Of a stretch of 64,000 bases of DNA, positions 27,353 through 39,133 are shown in pieces. Each line of letters begins with the position of its first letter. Position 1 is the stretch's first letter. Below the pieces are notes generated by a model, which saw nothing but the letters and a program-made list of their open reading frames with translations, ran no database searches and was not told the origin of the DNA. Source of the stretch: an uncultured cyanobacterium (GTDB taxonomy: Bacteria > Cyanobacteriota > Cyanobacteriia > Cyanobacteriales > CAWUOF01); the NCBI GenBank assembly GCA_963744145.1, contig CAVUSO010000001.1:7456001-7520000 (forward strand), given 5' to 3'. Both the position numbers and the translations under genes were made by a program.

Positions 27353-30300
27353 TTACTTTGCCCGGAACTGCGCTACACTTTCTTGCAATTGTTGAGCAAC
27401 TCCTAGTAACTTCGTAAACGAATCAGCTACATCAACAGATTGCTCAGAAGTTTTGTTCGCGATCGTCGCTACTTCTTGCATGGTCTGACTTACGGATGCA
27501 GATGTTTGGACCTGTGCTGCTGCGGATTTAGCCATTGCTTCCACTAAGGTCCGGATTTGGGCACTTACCGTTCCAATCGACATCAATTTAGTTCTAGTCT
27601 CTTCTACTAAGTGGGTTCCGGTCAACACTTGGTCCATTCCAGCTTCCATTGCTGATACTACTTCATTGGTTTCTGTTTGGATTTCCTCAACTATTTGTTC
27701 AATTTCCTTAGTCGCGGTAGCTGACTGTTCTGCTAAAGTCCGGACTTCTTCAGCAACTAGTGCAAAACCTTGATCCTCTTCCCCAGCTCGAGTAGCTTTA
27801 ACAGAAGCATTTAAAGCTAAAACGTTGGTTTGATTGGCAAAATCACTAATCAAACTTACCACCCGGGAGATTTTCTGAGAAGCTTCACCTAAGTGTTTAA
27901 CTTTCATTGCCGCTTCTTCAACTGTTTGCTGGATTGCGACAATCCCAGCTACAGTCCGGTTCATTGCTTCATCTCCAGCTTGAATGGTTTGATTAGCTTG
28001 TTGTACTTTTAGTTTTGCTTGTCCAGCATTAGTAGCAACACTTTGAATCGAATCTACCATTCCTTGAATCTGAGCTAAAGCAGCTTTAATCGCATCTGCT
28101 TGACGTTGAGCTTCAGTCGATAAAGTTTTGACATCTTTTTCACTACCTTGAGCGGTTTTGGTTGCTTCCACAGCTCCCGCTTGAACTTGAAGCACAATTT
28201 GCTGTAAGTTTTCAATCATGGCATTGAAAAAGTCAGCTACTGTTCCCATTTCTCCTACTGATACTTTAGCGCGAACGGTTAAGTCCCCACTAAAGGATTC
28301 TTCGATGTTGTCCAGAAATTCGCTGATCTGTTCTTGCAGTTCTTCTTTTTGTTGACGTTGTTGGGATGCTACTGTTTCCGCTTCTTGACGTGCTTGTTCT
28401 AGTTCTTCTAAGACAAATGCTTGGTCAAGCGCATATCCCATTTGAATTGCTACTTGTTTGAATAGTTCAATTTCCCAATCTTGCCAGTTCCGGGTACTAG
28501 TACATTGATGAACCCCGAGTAAGCCAAATAATTTTTGATTCGCTAAAATTGGGGCACAAATGTTGGCTTTCACTTCCCAAGTATTTAATTGTTGCAAGTG
28601 ACAGTCGCTTAAACCTGCTTTAGTTACATCAGCAAGTGCTTTCACCCGACCTTTTTCGTAGGGTTCGACATAATCTGCGGGAAAACCTTCTTCTTCGGTT
28701 GTACCTAAAATTGGTTTACAACCGGGATTGAGGGCTTCGGCACAAATGTCTCCTTCCCATTTCGGTCCTAAACGATATACTACTACTCGATCGGCGTGCA
28801 TGGCTTTGCGGCATTCTTCCACTGCCACATTAAATATGCGTTGGGTTTTTAGAGATTCCCGGATTCTGGCGGTAATTTCGTTTAATAATTGAGCTTGTTT
28901 GACTGCTGCTTGTTGTTTTTCCAACAAAATCGCTTGGTCGATCGCAAATCCGACTTGGATTGCTACTTGTTTGAAAAAGTCAATATCTGTCTCTTGCCAA
29001 TTTCTTGGTCCAGAACACTGATGGGCAATCAGTAACCCATAAAGTTGTTGGTTGGAGATAATTGGTGCTACTAATTGGGCTTTGATCTCATATGCTTCTA
29101 ATTCGCCAATATGTGGGGGTGTTAAATCTGCTTCCCGGAGGTTGGCGATCGCACTGATCCGTCCTTTTTGATATTGTTTGGCTGATCTTTCTGATAAGCA
29201 ACAATGACCTGAGATGACTACTCCTAAACAGGGTTTATAAGCTACTGATACTGCTTCGGAGATAATTTTCCCTTCTTTTTCTTCATTGAACTGACATACT
29301 ACTACTCGCTCAACTTGTAAGATTCTTGAGCGTCTTCAACCGCTGCGGTAAAAATATCTTCTGGTTTGAGGGATTGACGAATATGAGAGGTAATTTCGTT
29401 TAATCGTTGGGCTTGTTTAACGGCTGCTTGTTGTTTTTCCAGCAAGATTGCTTGGTCAATGGCAAATCCGACTTGGATTGCTACTTGTTTGAAAAAGTCA
29501 ATGTCTGTCTCTTCCCAATGTCGTGGTCCGGAACACTGATGGGCAATCAGTAACCCATAAAGTTGTTGGTTGGCAATAATTGGTGCTACTAGTTGAGCTT
29601 TGATCTGATATGCTTCTAATTCGGCAATATGTTGGAGTGTTAGCCCTGCTTCCCGGAGGTTAGCGATCGCACTGATCCGTCCTTTTTGATATTGTTTGGC
29701 TGATCTTTCCTGTACGCAACAATTACCTGGAATGACTACTCCTAAACAGGATTTATAGGCCCCTGATACTGCTTCGGAGATAATTTTTCCTTCTCTTTCT
29801 TCATTTAGCTGACATACTACTACTCGCTCAACCTGTAATATTTCTTGAGCATCTTCGACCGCTGTGCCAAAAATATCTTTGGGATTGAGTGATTCGCGAA
29901 TTCTCGAAGTAATCTGATTTAATAGCTGGGCTCGTTGGGCGGTCGCTTGTTGTTTTTCTAAAACTATGGCTTGATCAAGGGCAAATCCGATTTGAACACC
30001 GACTTGTTTGAAAAATTCGATTTCTGATTCTTGCCATTGTCTGGTCTGATCGCACTGATGACCAATTAATAACCCGTAGAGTTTTTGATTGACCAGAATT
30101 GGTGCTACTATGCTAGCTTTGACTTGATAGGGTTCTAGTTGTTGAAGATAACACTCGGTTAAATCTGCTTCGTGGATATTGGCGATCGCTTGAACTCTTC
30201 CTCTTTGATAAGCTTTGATGTAACGGTCTTTAAAGCAAGGATCGGTGATCGTTTTTCCTAAGGTGGCTGTCCATCCTGACCCGACTGCTTCGGCGACGAT

Positions 30301-31260
30301 TGTCCCATTCCAGTTCCCATCAAATTTATAGACGACGGTTCGATCTACTTCGAGAATATCTCGCACATCTTCGACTGCGACGGTAAAAATATCTTCGATG
30401 TTGAGAAATTCCCGAATGTGGGAGGTAACGCTATTTAACCGCTGGGCTAGGTTGGCTGTTTGTGCTTGTTTTTCTAATAAAAATGCTTGATCGATCGCGT
30501 AACCAACTTGAATTGCTAATTGTTTAAATAAGTCTATTTCCCATTCTTGCCAAGTTCTGGGCTGTTCACATTGATGGGCAATCAGTAATCCATGTAGTTT
30601 TTGATTAGCTAAAATTGGTGCTACTAAGTTAGCTTGGACCTGAAAAGTTTCTAATTGGGTGATATGGCATTCGGTTAAACCTTCTTCATAGATGTTCGCG
30701 ATCGCTCTCACTCTCCCTTTTTGGTAAGGTTCTATATAGCGCATCCGAAAACATGGGTCAGTTAATTCTGCCCCTAAGGCGGCTGTCCACCCGGTTCCGA
30801 CTGATTCAGCGACGACTGTACCATCCCAATTTTGATCAAATAGGTATACTACTACTCGATCTGCTCCTAAAACTTCCCGAATATCTTCTACCGCAGTGGT
30901 GAAAATTTTTGCAGGTTGTAAAGTTTCGCGAATATGGGAGGTAATTTCACTTAATATTTGGGCTTGTTCAGCTACAGTTTCTTGTTTGGCTAGTAAATTA
31001 TGCAACTGATCTGTCATCTGATTGATTCCAGTCATTAAGCTTGCTAATTCACTCGCGATCGCTTTTTTTTGAGTTACTGGATAGGATGGTGGTAATGGAC
31101 TATGATTCGGACTAAGATGGGCTTCGCTGATCTGTTCCTCTGGTGCCGATTCTACTCCTGGTGGTAAGGATGGCATTGTTTTGCTTGGAGGTGAGGGAAT
31201 TAACGACGATCTCTGAAAGTCTTTGCGGAAATTACCCGGTTTATAAGGTGTGTGTGTCAT
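27353..31260 (-). pseudogene. Soluble methyl-accepting (photo)taxis receptor with five GAF domains (PtxD/PixJ-like), split by a 1-nt frameshift at about 29323
   Basis: GAF1 has DPCF...CH, GAF2 DPCF...CY and GAF5 CH, followed by an MCP signalling domain (QTNVLALNA...GFALVAEEVR). GAF3 and GAF4 align at offset 518 (not a multiple of 3). Restoring one A (GAATC to GAAATC) joins ORFs 29302-31410 and 27353-28927. Confidence 0.85.
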
Positions 31261-31307
31261 TTTTTTTGACTGAATAGTAAAAAAAGTTATTAGTTGGAGA
31301 GAAAAAA

Positions 31308-31790
31308 TTATCCTCTGCGGATTTCTGTACTTTCCTGTCCTAATTGGGGTGTGGTTAGCAATGATTCTATATCTAAAACTAGCAAATTTTCGCCGTTCGG
31401 GTTTTGCCATTCACCAATAATTGCATTACTTAAAACTGGTCTAGTTTTAGTTGAACTAGGTACTTTGATCTGGTTGAGATGACAGCTAATCATCTGACCA
31501 ACTGCAAATATTGCTAAACCTAAAAATTTACCTTTTCCTTGGACGATTAAGATGCTATAATTAGGCTGCCGCCAATCTTGAGCAAATAAAGGCTTAAAGC
31601 CTAATAAATCGCCTAAATCCATCAACCATAAAATTCCTCCTCTCCAATTACAAACCCCCATTACGGCTGGGGGCATATCGGGAATTGGTGCTATTTGACC
31701 AGGAGATAAACTCAGGATTTCTGCTAATTGCTCAGTCGGTAGCATTCCTTGGATCTGGGCAGTGATGGAAAAACTGAGAAAACGTTGCAT
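31308..31790 (-). CDS. CheW-like coupling protein
   Basis: IAPIPDMPPAVMGVCNWRGGILWLMDL. Confidence 0.92.
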   Translation of the reverse strand: MQRFLSFSITAQIQGMLPTEQLAEILSLSPGQIAPIPDMPPAVMGVCNWRGGILWLMDLGDLLGFKPLFAQDWRQPNYSILIVQGKGKFLGLAIFAVGQMISCHLNQIKVPSSTKTRPVLSNAIIGEWQNPNGENLLVLDIESLLTTPQLGQESTEIRRG

Positions 31791-31795
31791 GGAGA

Positions 31796-32161
31796 TTAAC
31801 CTTTGGCAAATTGTCTGATCGTTGCTACTAACTCTTGTTCATCGACCGGTTTAGTTAAATATGCTGATGCACCTTGTTTTATTCCCCAAGCTTTATCGAT
31901 TTTCTCGCTTTTACTAGAGCAAATAATTACGGGAATATCACAAGTTTGTTTACTTTTTTTCAAGTCTCGACACAGCCCAAATCCACTCTGACCAGGTAAG
32001 ACTACATCTAGGAGAATGGCATCAAACCTTTTTTGGTCAAGCATGGCTTTTGCTGCTTCTGCTGTTGTCACCGTGGTGATGTTGAAACCCGCTTTCTGGA
32101 GAGAGGTTGAAAAAAACTGGGCTTCAGTCATCGTATCTTCTACGACTAAAATAGTCGCCAT
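31796..32161 (-). CDS. CheY-like single-domain response regulator
   Basis: ILVVED, LLDVVLP and YLTKP motifs. Confidence 0.94.
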   Translation of the reverse strand: MATILVVEDTMTEAQFFSTSLQKAGFNITTVTTAEAAKAMLDQKRFDAILLDVVLPGQSGFGLCRDLKKSKQTCDIPVIICSSKSEKIDKAWGIKQGASAYLTKPVDEQELVATIRQFAKG

Positions 32162-32320
32162 ATAGTATTGGGGTACTTTTTCTAACAGGACTTAATTAAG
32201 TATAACTAAAAAATTCTCATTTGTATATGGCTTCTATCTGATGATTTTTCAGATAAAAGCTACTTCCATTAATATTAAGAAATTATCGCTTTTTTTGCCA
32301 AGATTAAGTATAATAGCGGA

Positions 32321-33541
32321 TCAAACCGTTAAATACTTTTGAATCATTTGCAGTACTTTCTCGGATTCAGGTGGTTTACTTAAAAAATCTGAGGCTCCGG
32401 TAAGTTTGGCCCTGGTGCGATCGACAATTCCATCCCTACTGGTTAGTATGATAATCGGAGTCTGCCCAAAGGTTGGTGTTTTTCGTAAAAAATTACACAG
32501 AGAATAACCATTAGTATCGGGCATTACTACATCTAGGAAAATTAAGTCCGGTTTCTCTTTGACTAAAGTAGACATCTGGGTAAGTGGCTCGGTAATCTTT
32601 AAGAGCCGATATCCCGCAGGAAGCAGAATTTTTTCTAAGCTTTGGGCAACCACTGGACTGTCATCGATACAAGCAATTAAAGGTTTAGGAATATGGCTCG
32701 GATTGACAGAAGTGGCTGTTGGTGCTATTGGTGCTGGTAAATCAGCTACTTCTCGCAGTTCGATCGCTCCCTTTTCCACGAAGGGTATTAAAGCATTAGT
32801 GACCGCAATTAGCGATCGCTGCATCTGACGCGCAATATCCCAAAGAGTATTATTACCACTCAGATATTGCATGAAACCAGTTTGACTAGATTGATATTGT
32901 TTTAAAGTTGGTGCCAAGTGAGGATAAATATGTGATAACCCTTTTTCTTGCCATTGTTGCCACAGTTTAACTGCTTGTTGCCAACCTTGTTCTATTTCTA
33001 AAGGAGATAGCGTCAGATTAAACGGAGTTTCGCTCAAGGGTGTAAGTCGAGCAATCCAATGACTATGCAGATTTTTCTGACTGGTGATATTAAAAAAAAC
33101 TTCTTGTGTATTAGTCCGAATAATGGCTTTACTTAGATGTAAGCTCAATAACTTTTGATTAATTGCTTCATATAGGAGTTGATATTCCCAAAGTTGATCT
33201 TTAATGGCAAAAGGAAGGTTAAGAAGTGTTTGCAGTCCCTTCTTGTCTTTTTCTTTCTGGTGCATTAACAAAGAACCAGAACTCTCGTCAATTCTGTCTA
33301 AGTTAGAATTGCAGATTTGGAGAGTTCTGTACCAACGTCTTACCCGATGTTTAGAGTCGGTAGCATATACTAAACGTCCGGAAAAAAAATAAAGTTCCCA
33401 TTGACGGGAGCTAGTAAAACTATCATTGTTCAGCGAATCATTGCTAGTTAAGGATAATTCTCCAGTTGCTTTACTTTGGCTGATTTCAGCAAGTTTAGGT
33501 AAAATTCCTGTTAATTCACTTATAGCAGTAGGTGCTAACAT
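32321..33541 (-). CDS. PatA-family response regulator (PATAN + REC)
   Basis: TGEL...LYFFSGRLVYA N-terminal domain; IACIDDSP...FLDVVMP receiver. Confidence 0.9.
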   Translation of the reverse strand: MLAPTAISELTGILPKLAEISQSKATGELSLTSNDSLNNDSFTSSRQWELYFFSGRLVYATDSKHRVRRWYRTLQICNSNLDRIDESSGSLLMHQKEKDKKGLQTLLNLPFAIKDQLWEYQLLYEAINQKLLSLHLSKAIIRTNTQEVFFNITSQKNLHSHWIARLTPLSETPFNLTLSPLEIEQGWQQAVKLWQQWQEKGLSHIYPHLAPTLKQYQSSQTGFMQYLSGNNTLWDIARQMQRSLIAVTNALIPFVEKGAIELREVADLPAPIAPTATSVNPSHIPKPLIACIDDSPVVAQSLEKILLPAGYRLLKITEPLTQMSTLVKEKPDLIFLDVVMPDTNGYSLCNFLRKTPTFGQTPIIILTSRDGIVDRTRAKLTGASDFLSKPPESEKVLQMIQKYLTV

Positions 33542-34018
33542 TGATATCCTCCCCTTCCGGTAATTGCTATACTTTTATCCAATATAACAAGTTTTTTGGG
33601 GGATAATTGTGATTTGTCTCACATTATTAGTTAGCTAAACCGCTTAATTTTTTAGCCTAAAATTCCCTTGATTAATGTTGTTAAACTCAATCACTTAGTT
33701 GAATGGTAATATTTGTTACTAATCGCTAGTTTAAATTAATTTGCCTAGCTTTTTCAATCGCTGATGTAATTAAATTTTGGATTTTAATCGTCAATTAGGA
33801 TCCAATCTTTTAATTGGTTAACCTAATTATTTAATAAGTTGGTTGATGGCTAATTAAAAGTATAAAAATAACAAATAATTTGCTATGTTCGATTTTCTGA
33901 TTTGCCCAAATAGGACATAGTTGGGAGTTATCAAGCGCGATCGGGAAAATCTTTTTGAACAAAAAAATCCCCAACAAAAATCAGGTAATCAAAAAATTAC
34001 CGATTGATAAGTTTTAAT

Positions 34019-35218
34019 CTAGTCAGCAAAAACTAAGCTATTATGCCAATTGGGCATAGATTCATCTGAGATAACTCGAGAAGAATTAACTGGTAAATAT
34101 TTAGCGATTACCTGTAAAACCTTCTGTGCTTCGGGTGGTTTTCCTAAAAAATCGGAAGCTCCAACCAGTTTAGCTCTCGTCCGGTCAAAAATTCCATCCT
34201 GACTGGTGAGAATGACAATAGGTGTTTTGGCAAATACAGGGGTTTTTCGCAAAAAGCTACAAAGGGAATAACCACTGGTATCTGGCATGATTAAATCGAG
34301 GAAAATTAACTCTGGTTTTTGTTTGACCAAAATCGACATTTCTCGTAAGGGGTCTTGAATTCTCAACAATCCATAACCTGCTGGTCGGAGGATAATTTCT
34401 AAACGGTGGCTGATTACAGGACTATCATCTATACAAGCAATCAAACCTCTAGAGGAAGCAGAAGATTGGGGGAGAATGGGAGTTGGAGCCACAGGAGCAA
34501 TTAAATCAGGGATCTCCTGGAATTCAATCTTACCTTGTTTAACTAAGGGTAGCAAAAAGCGAGCTGCTTTGGTAATTGAAGTTCTCAGCGCGACAGCCAG
34601 ATCCCAAAGAGTATGTTTACCTGTCAACCATTTGGAAAGCAGGGCTGAATTTTCGGGAGAAGTTTGTGGTAAAGAGTTGGCATTGCGCCAGATTAGTCCT
34701 AAATTAAGGTTAATTTGCCCTAACCCCATTTCTTGCCATTCTTTGGCGATGCTTTGACCGTAAGCATTGAGTTGATCGACTTCTAGTAACGCAATTTGAG
34801 ATGTTGGTGCTTTGTAGGTTTGCCAAACACTCTTACATGGTAATGGATAATTGGCTATTTCTACGAAAACTTCTTGGGCACTGCTTTGAATGACCGCTTT
34901 AGCTTGAGCTAAACTAATTTCCCCTGCGGCGATCGCCTGGGATAGTTGTTGATGTTCCCATAGTTCGTTCCCTTTCATCGCCGTAGAGATTAATTTCTGC
35001 TGGGAAGCGATCGCTGGGCAATGTTGTTTAATGGCCCGCCACCACTGTCGCACGCGGTGTTTTTGACCATAAGCATAAATAATCCGTCCCAGAAAAAAAT
35101 ATAGGTGCCATTGGTAATCGACACTACGGAGAATTAATTCGCCGGTTGCTTGTTTTTGACTGAGTTGAGCTAGCCCGGGATAAATCTTTGTTAATGACGA
35201 AAACTCTGATAGTAGCAT
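34019..35218 (-). CDS. PatA-family response regulator (PATAN + REC)
   Basis: TGEL...LYFFLGRIIYA; IACIDDSP...FLDLIMP. Confidence 0.9.
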   Translation of the reverse strand: MLLSEFSSLTKIYPGLAQLSQKQATGELILRSVDYQWHLYFFLGRIIYAYGQKHRVRQWWRAIKQHCPAIASQQKLISTAMKGNELWEHQQLSQAIAAGEISLAQAKAVIQSSAQEVFVEIANYPLPCKSVWQTYKAPTSQIALLEVDQLNAYGQSIAKEWQEMGLGQINLNLGLIWRNANSLPQTSPENSALLSKWLTGKHTLWDLAVALRTSITKAARFLLPLVKQGKIEFQEIPDLIAPVAPTPILPQSSASSRGLIACIDDSPVISHRLEIILRPAGYGLLRIQDPLREMSILVKQKPELIFLDLIMPDTSGYSLCSFLRKTPVFAKTPIVILTSQDGIFDRTRAKLVGASDFLGKPPEAQKVLQVIAKYLPVNSSRVISDESMPNWHNSLVFAD

Positions 35219-35366
35219 TTCTTTGGGTGGGAATTACCTATATGTCTTAACATATTGTAATATTTTGCTGCTATCTAGGTAAGGGTATTTCCCACATCTT
35301 TTCTATCCGTAAATTTACGGATGAGAAATTATGATCTATCGGTAGTAACAGGGATTTTTTACTCCC

Positions 35367-35395
35367 AAAAAAAAGCCATGACAGAATTGTCATGC
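35367..35395 (-). terminator. Intrinsic terminator-like hairpin after the first PatA gene
   Basis: The minus strand reads CATGACA-ATTC-TGTCATG followed by a T-run. Confidence 0.5.
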
Positions 35396-35422
35396 AGAGG
35401 ATCATCTGTAATTTTTACGCAA

Positions 35423-36658
35423 TTACACTGAACGTGCTAAAGTTAAGCTGGTGGGGTGAATCTCAGTCATCTTCTCGGCTGGCTGGTGTTTAACTTCTGG
35501 TTGGAGATATTTGTGAACCATTTGCAAAACTTTTTGCGCTTCTGGTGGTTTACCCAGAAAATCTGAAGCCCCGGTTAACTTAGCTCTGGTGCGATCAACT
35601 ATGCCATCGCGACTGGTCAAGATAATAATGGGGGTTTTTTGGAAGACAGGAGTTTTGCGTAAAAAGGTACAAAGGGCATAACCAGTAGTATTGGGCATAA
35701 TTAAGTCGAGGAAAATTAAATCTGGTTTGTGTTTAACCATTGTCGAAATTTGTCTGAGGGGTTCAGTTATTTTCATCACTCGATATCCAGCTGGGGCGAG
35801 AATTTTCTCTAAAGCCTGAGTGATCACTGGACTATCATCAATACAAGCGATTAATTTTCCAGGAGTAGCAGAATTAACGGTCGTAGCTGGGGGTTTAGGA
35901 GTTGGTAACGCTACATCTCCAACTTCTCTGAGTTCAATTTTGTTACTTTCAATCCAGGGTAGCAACAATCCAGTTAGGGCTGAGACTGGACGCTGGATTT
36001 GCCATGCAATATCCCAAAGCGTATTTTTACCGTTGAGTAACTGGAGTAGACGAATTTTATCTTGCCCAGGTTGAGGTGTTCTTAATACTGGTGCTAACAT
36101 CGGCGAAATATGACTTAAACCAGACTCTTGCCATTCTTGCCATAGCTTTTGTCCTTCTTGGAATACTTCATCTATTTCCTGAGAGGATAGAGGTAGACTT
36201 AAAAATCTTTCTGGACAATGTTGTCCACCAGGAAACCAAGAAATAGTAGATTCTAGTTCTCCATTCACACTAAAAAAGATTTCTTTGGCGCTATTATAGA
36301 TAACTTTTTTCGCTTCTGATACACTAAGTTTATTTTCAATCAATTTTTGATGGAGGATTTGGAATTCCCAAGGTTGAGTAAACCCTTCAGTTTTGGTGGC
36401 AGTTTTAGCTGGTCCGATCTCTCCAGGGTTTTTGAGCATTTCTGCGGCTAAACTTGGACTACCTTGCTGTAAAGCTCTAAACCACCGTCTGATCCGATGT
36501 CTCATCCCCGTAGCATAAAGTAGACGTCCCACAACAAAATAAAGGCTACATTGACGATCCCCAGTAGCAAAATTTAATTCGCCGGTAGCTCGTTGTTGAC
36601 TGATGATCTCGAGCTGCTGCGCTAGTTTAGAATTTTTAGATGATAAATTAGATAGCAT
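35423..36658 (-). CDS. PatA-family response regulator (PATAN + REC)
   Basis: TGEL...LYFVVGRLLYA; IACIDDSP...FLDLIMP. Confidence 0.9.
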   Translation of the reverse strand: MLSNLSSKNSKLAQQLEIISQQRATGELNFATGDRQCSLYFVVGRLLYATGMRHRIRRWFRALQQGSPSLAAEMLKNPGEIGPAKTATKTEGFTQPWEFQILHQKLIENKLSVSEAKKVIYNSAKEIFFSVNGELESTISWFPGGQHCPERFLSLPLSSQEIDEVFQEGQKLWQEWQESGLSHISPMLAPVLRTPQPGQDKIRLLQLLNGKNTLWDIAWQIQRPVSALTGLLLPWIESNKIELREVGDVALPTPKPPATTVNSATPGKLIACIDDSPVITQALEKILAPAGYRVMKITEPLRQISTMVKHKPDLIFLDLIMPNTTGYALCTFLRKTPVFQKTPIIILTSRDGIVDRTRAKLTGASDFLGKPPEAQKVLQMVHKYLQPEVKHQPAEKMTEIHPTSLTLARSV

Positions 36659-36979
36659 TTTTTCCCCAGAAGACTTTTATTAATCTAAACCTAATCATAA
36701 GTCTTGAGTCATAGCTTATTCATCAGTGAATGTACCGAAAGGTTTTTAAATAGTTTTTAAGTTAACCTGCTTCCTGTTTGCCATCAACACCATGACTTGC
36801 CCCCCCTGGGAAAATCGATTCTGACTAATTTTTATTGGTGATGACAAAATAACTTGGGAGTTTAATTAAATCGGTTGTTTTGTCTGTCATATTTTTAATG
36901 CTCCTCCTCAGTTTAATTACTGAAGTTCTCAGTTATCTAGGATTTTGGAGAAAATAAATGTTACCAATTTATCAAAATA

Positions 36980-39133
36980 TCAAGTATTTTTAGTTGCTAA
37001 AGCAAATGCTTCACCTTGATTAGTATAAAAGCGGAGATAGTTCCAGTAATTTTCAAAAACTGCTTTAACATAGTCTTTGGTTTCCGGAAAGGGAATATTT
37101 TCAATAAATTCATCGGGGTCTTTAAACCCATACTTTTGGACCCAATCCGTCACATTGCCCGGGCCCGCATTATAACTAGCGACAGCTAAGAGGGAATTGT
37201 TCTTATATTCATCATGGATATGGTCAAGATACCAAGTGCCGATCGCGATATTATCACTAGGGTGATTGAGTTGATAGGTTTTTAAGGGAATTTTTTCGGC
37301 CACCCAACTCGCCGTTTCGGGCATAACTTGCATTAACCCGGTGGCCCCAACGCTAGATTTGATGCTGGGCATAAATCGTGATTCTTGCCGAATTAAAGCA
37401 TTAACTAGCAAAGGGTTAATGGTGTGCTGTTTAGACCATTTTTCAATCAGGTCGAAATAAGGAAACGGGTAGAGTGCTTGCCAATAGGCAATTTGTTGTC
37501 TAATGGCTAAATATTGCGATCGCTCTTCAGGAGTATCTCGGCGATCCAAACTTGATACCATAAAGATCCCATCTAGGCGATCGCCCACACCGATTCTCAT
37601 TAATCCATCAGTAAATTGTTCAGCAACTGTGGGTTGGATCGGATTTTTAAATTCTACTTGCCACAAAGTCCAAGCATCCTGATCTTGCCCTAATAAATAG
37701 AGTTCTTGCAAAGTAGTTGATCCCGTTAATAAACGAGTCCGCAGGGGTCGCTTTAAGACGGGCATCAATTGATTTATATTATTAAAATCTCCGACTTTTT
37801 TACCTAGCAGTACCGCCGATCGCCACGCATAGTATGATTCTGGGTATTTGCTTAACGTATATTCAAAGGATGTTTTCGCTTCTTGGGAATGCCCCAACTG
37901 GGCTGCCCATTTGCCGACCCAAAAACTTGCTTCTGGGGCTAATTCACTGTTAGGGTTTTCGGCGGTAATTTGTTGCGCCCATTGCCAAGCTCCTTGGAGA
38001 TCACCAAGATTTAAACGTTGTTTAGCAATTTTCCACCGGACTTGAGCGGCTGATTCTGATTGACTATATTGAGTTAGAAGTAACTGTCTGGCTTGATAAG
38101 CTGATTTGGCACTAGACAGACTATCAAGAATATCCGCTTTATTTAAAAGTGCTTCTCCCGCCTGATCGGGGAAATGTTCGATGGCTCGATCCAGATAAAA
38201 AGAGGCATCTTTTGGCTCTGCTAGTTTCGCTAGACGCAGTAGAGCGATCGCCGTTTCTTTCGCATCGGGAAAATCTTTAACCAATTGCCGATAGATGGGT
38301 TTTCCTTCGAGTCCTTTACCATCTAGTTGTAGCCCTCTGGCGGCTCGATAAAGATTACGAGGAGTCGGATTAGCTCTGGCGTAGGCGATCGCCGCTTTAC
38401 CATATAATTGTTTTTCCCAGTAAGCAAAGCCAATCAATTCCCAGTCTTCCGATTTTAATTGGGGTGGCTTCTGGGTGAGGAGTTGCTCCAGAATTGTATT
38501 AATGTCGGTACGATAAAAGCCGTATTTTACCATCAACATCATTAATGGTAATTGTTTCGGGTTTTGTTGTAATTTTAAGCGGACAATTTCCAACGTACTG
38601 GGATGACTGGGAAACTGGGCGATCGCTTGGTCCCAATATTTGGGGTTAGTTTGGCCGAGGGCCAATAAAGCATAGGCCGCCACCGGGTCATTTCCGTAAT
38701 TATTCAGTAATTCCTGCCAAGACGCAATAGTTTTAGTTTTATCACCAATGAGTTCATAAGCTTGGGCTCGTTTGAGCGCCACATAACTGGCTAAGAGGGG
38801 ATATTCTTGTTCTAGTCCTTCTAACCATTGCAGCGCTTTCTTGCCCTGCTTTTGTTCAATCAGATCGCTGGCTAAAATATATCGAGAACGACTCCGATCT
38901 AGAGATTTCGGTCCTTGAGCCAAAGCTTCTAATTGAGCGATTCGGTCTGACGGTGGTAGTTCGACTAACTGAATCAGTGCTGAGTTAGTGAGAGGGGCTT
39001 CTGTTTGCATGAACTTAGGCTGGAGTTGGCTAAGACTTGTTGATTTCATCGCCCAGATGATGGCACCAATCACCAAAGCACTTAACCCAACACCAACCAC
39101 TAGAGAATTTCTAGGTTTCCGTTTTCTCAACAT
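36980..39133 (-). CDS. Soluble lytic transglycosylase (Slt domain, TPR-like N-terminus)
   Basis: IRQESRF, GLMQVMP and SYNAG motifs; N-terminal TM anchor. Confidence 0.93.
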   Translation of the reverse strand: MLRKRKPRNSLVVGVGLSALVIGAIIWAMKSTSLSQLQPKFMQTEAPLTNSALIQLVELPPSDRIAQLEALAQGPKSLDRSRSRYILASDLIEQKQGKKALQWLEGLEQEYPLLASYVALKRAQAYELIGDKTKTIASWQELLNNYGNDPVAAYALLALGQTNPKYWDQAIAQFPSHPSTLEIVRLKLQQNPKQLPLMMLMVKYGFYRTDINTILEQLLTQKPPQLKSEDWELIGFAYWEKQLYGKAAIAYARANPTPRNLYRAARGLQLDGKGLEGKPIYRQLVKDFPDAKETAIALLRLAKLAEPKDASFYLDRAIEHFPDQAGEALLNKADILDSLSSAKSAYQARQLLLTQYSQSESAAQVRWKIAKQRLNLGDLQGAWQWAQQITAENPNSELAPEASFWVGKWAAQLGHSQEAKTSFEYTLSKYPESYYAWRSAVLLGKKVGDFNNINQLMPVLKRPLRTRLLTGSTTLQELYLLGQDQDAWTLWQVEFKNPIQPTVAEQFTDGLMRIGVGDRLDGIFMVSSLDRRDTPEERSQYLAIRQQIAYWQALYPFPYFDLIEKWSKQHTINPLLVNALIRQESRFMPSIKSSVGATGLMQVMPETASWVAEKIPLKTYQLNHPSDNIAIGTWYLDHIHDEYKNNSLLAVASYNAGPGNVTDWVQKYGFKDPDEFIENIPFPETKDYVKAVFENYWNYLRFYTNQGEAFALATKNT

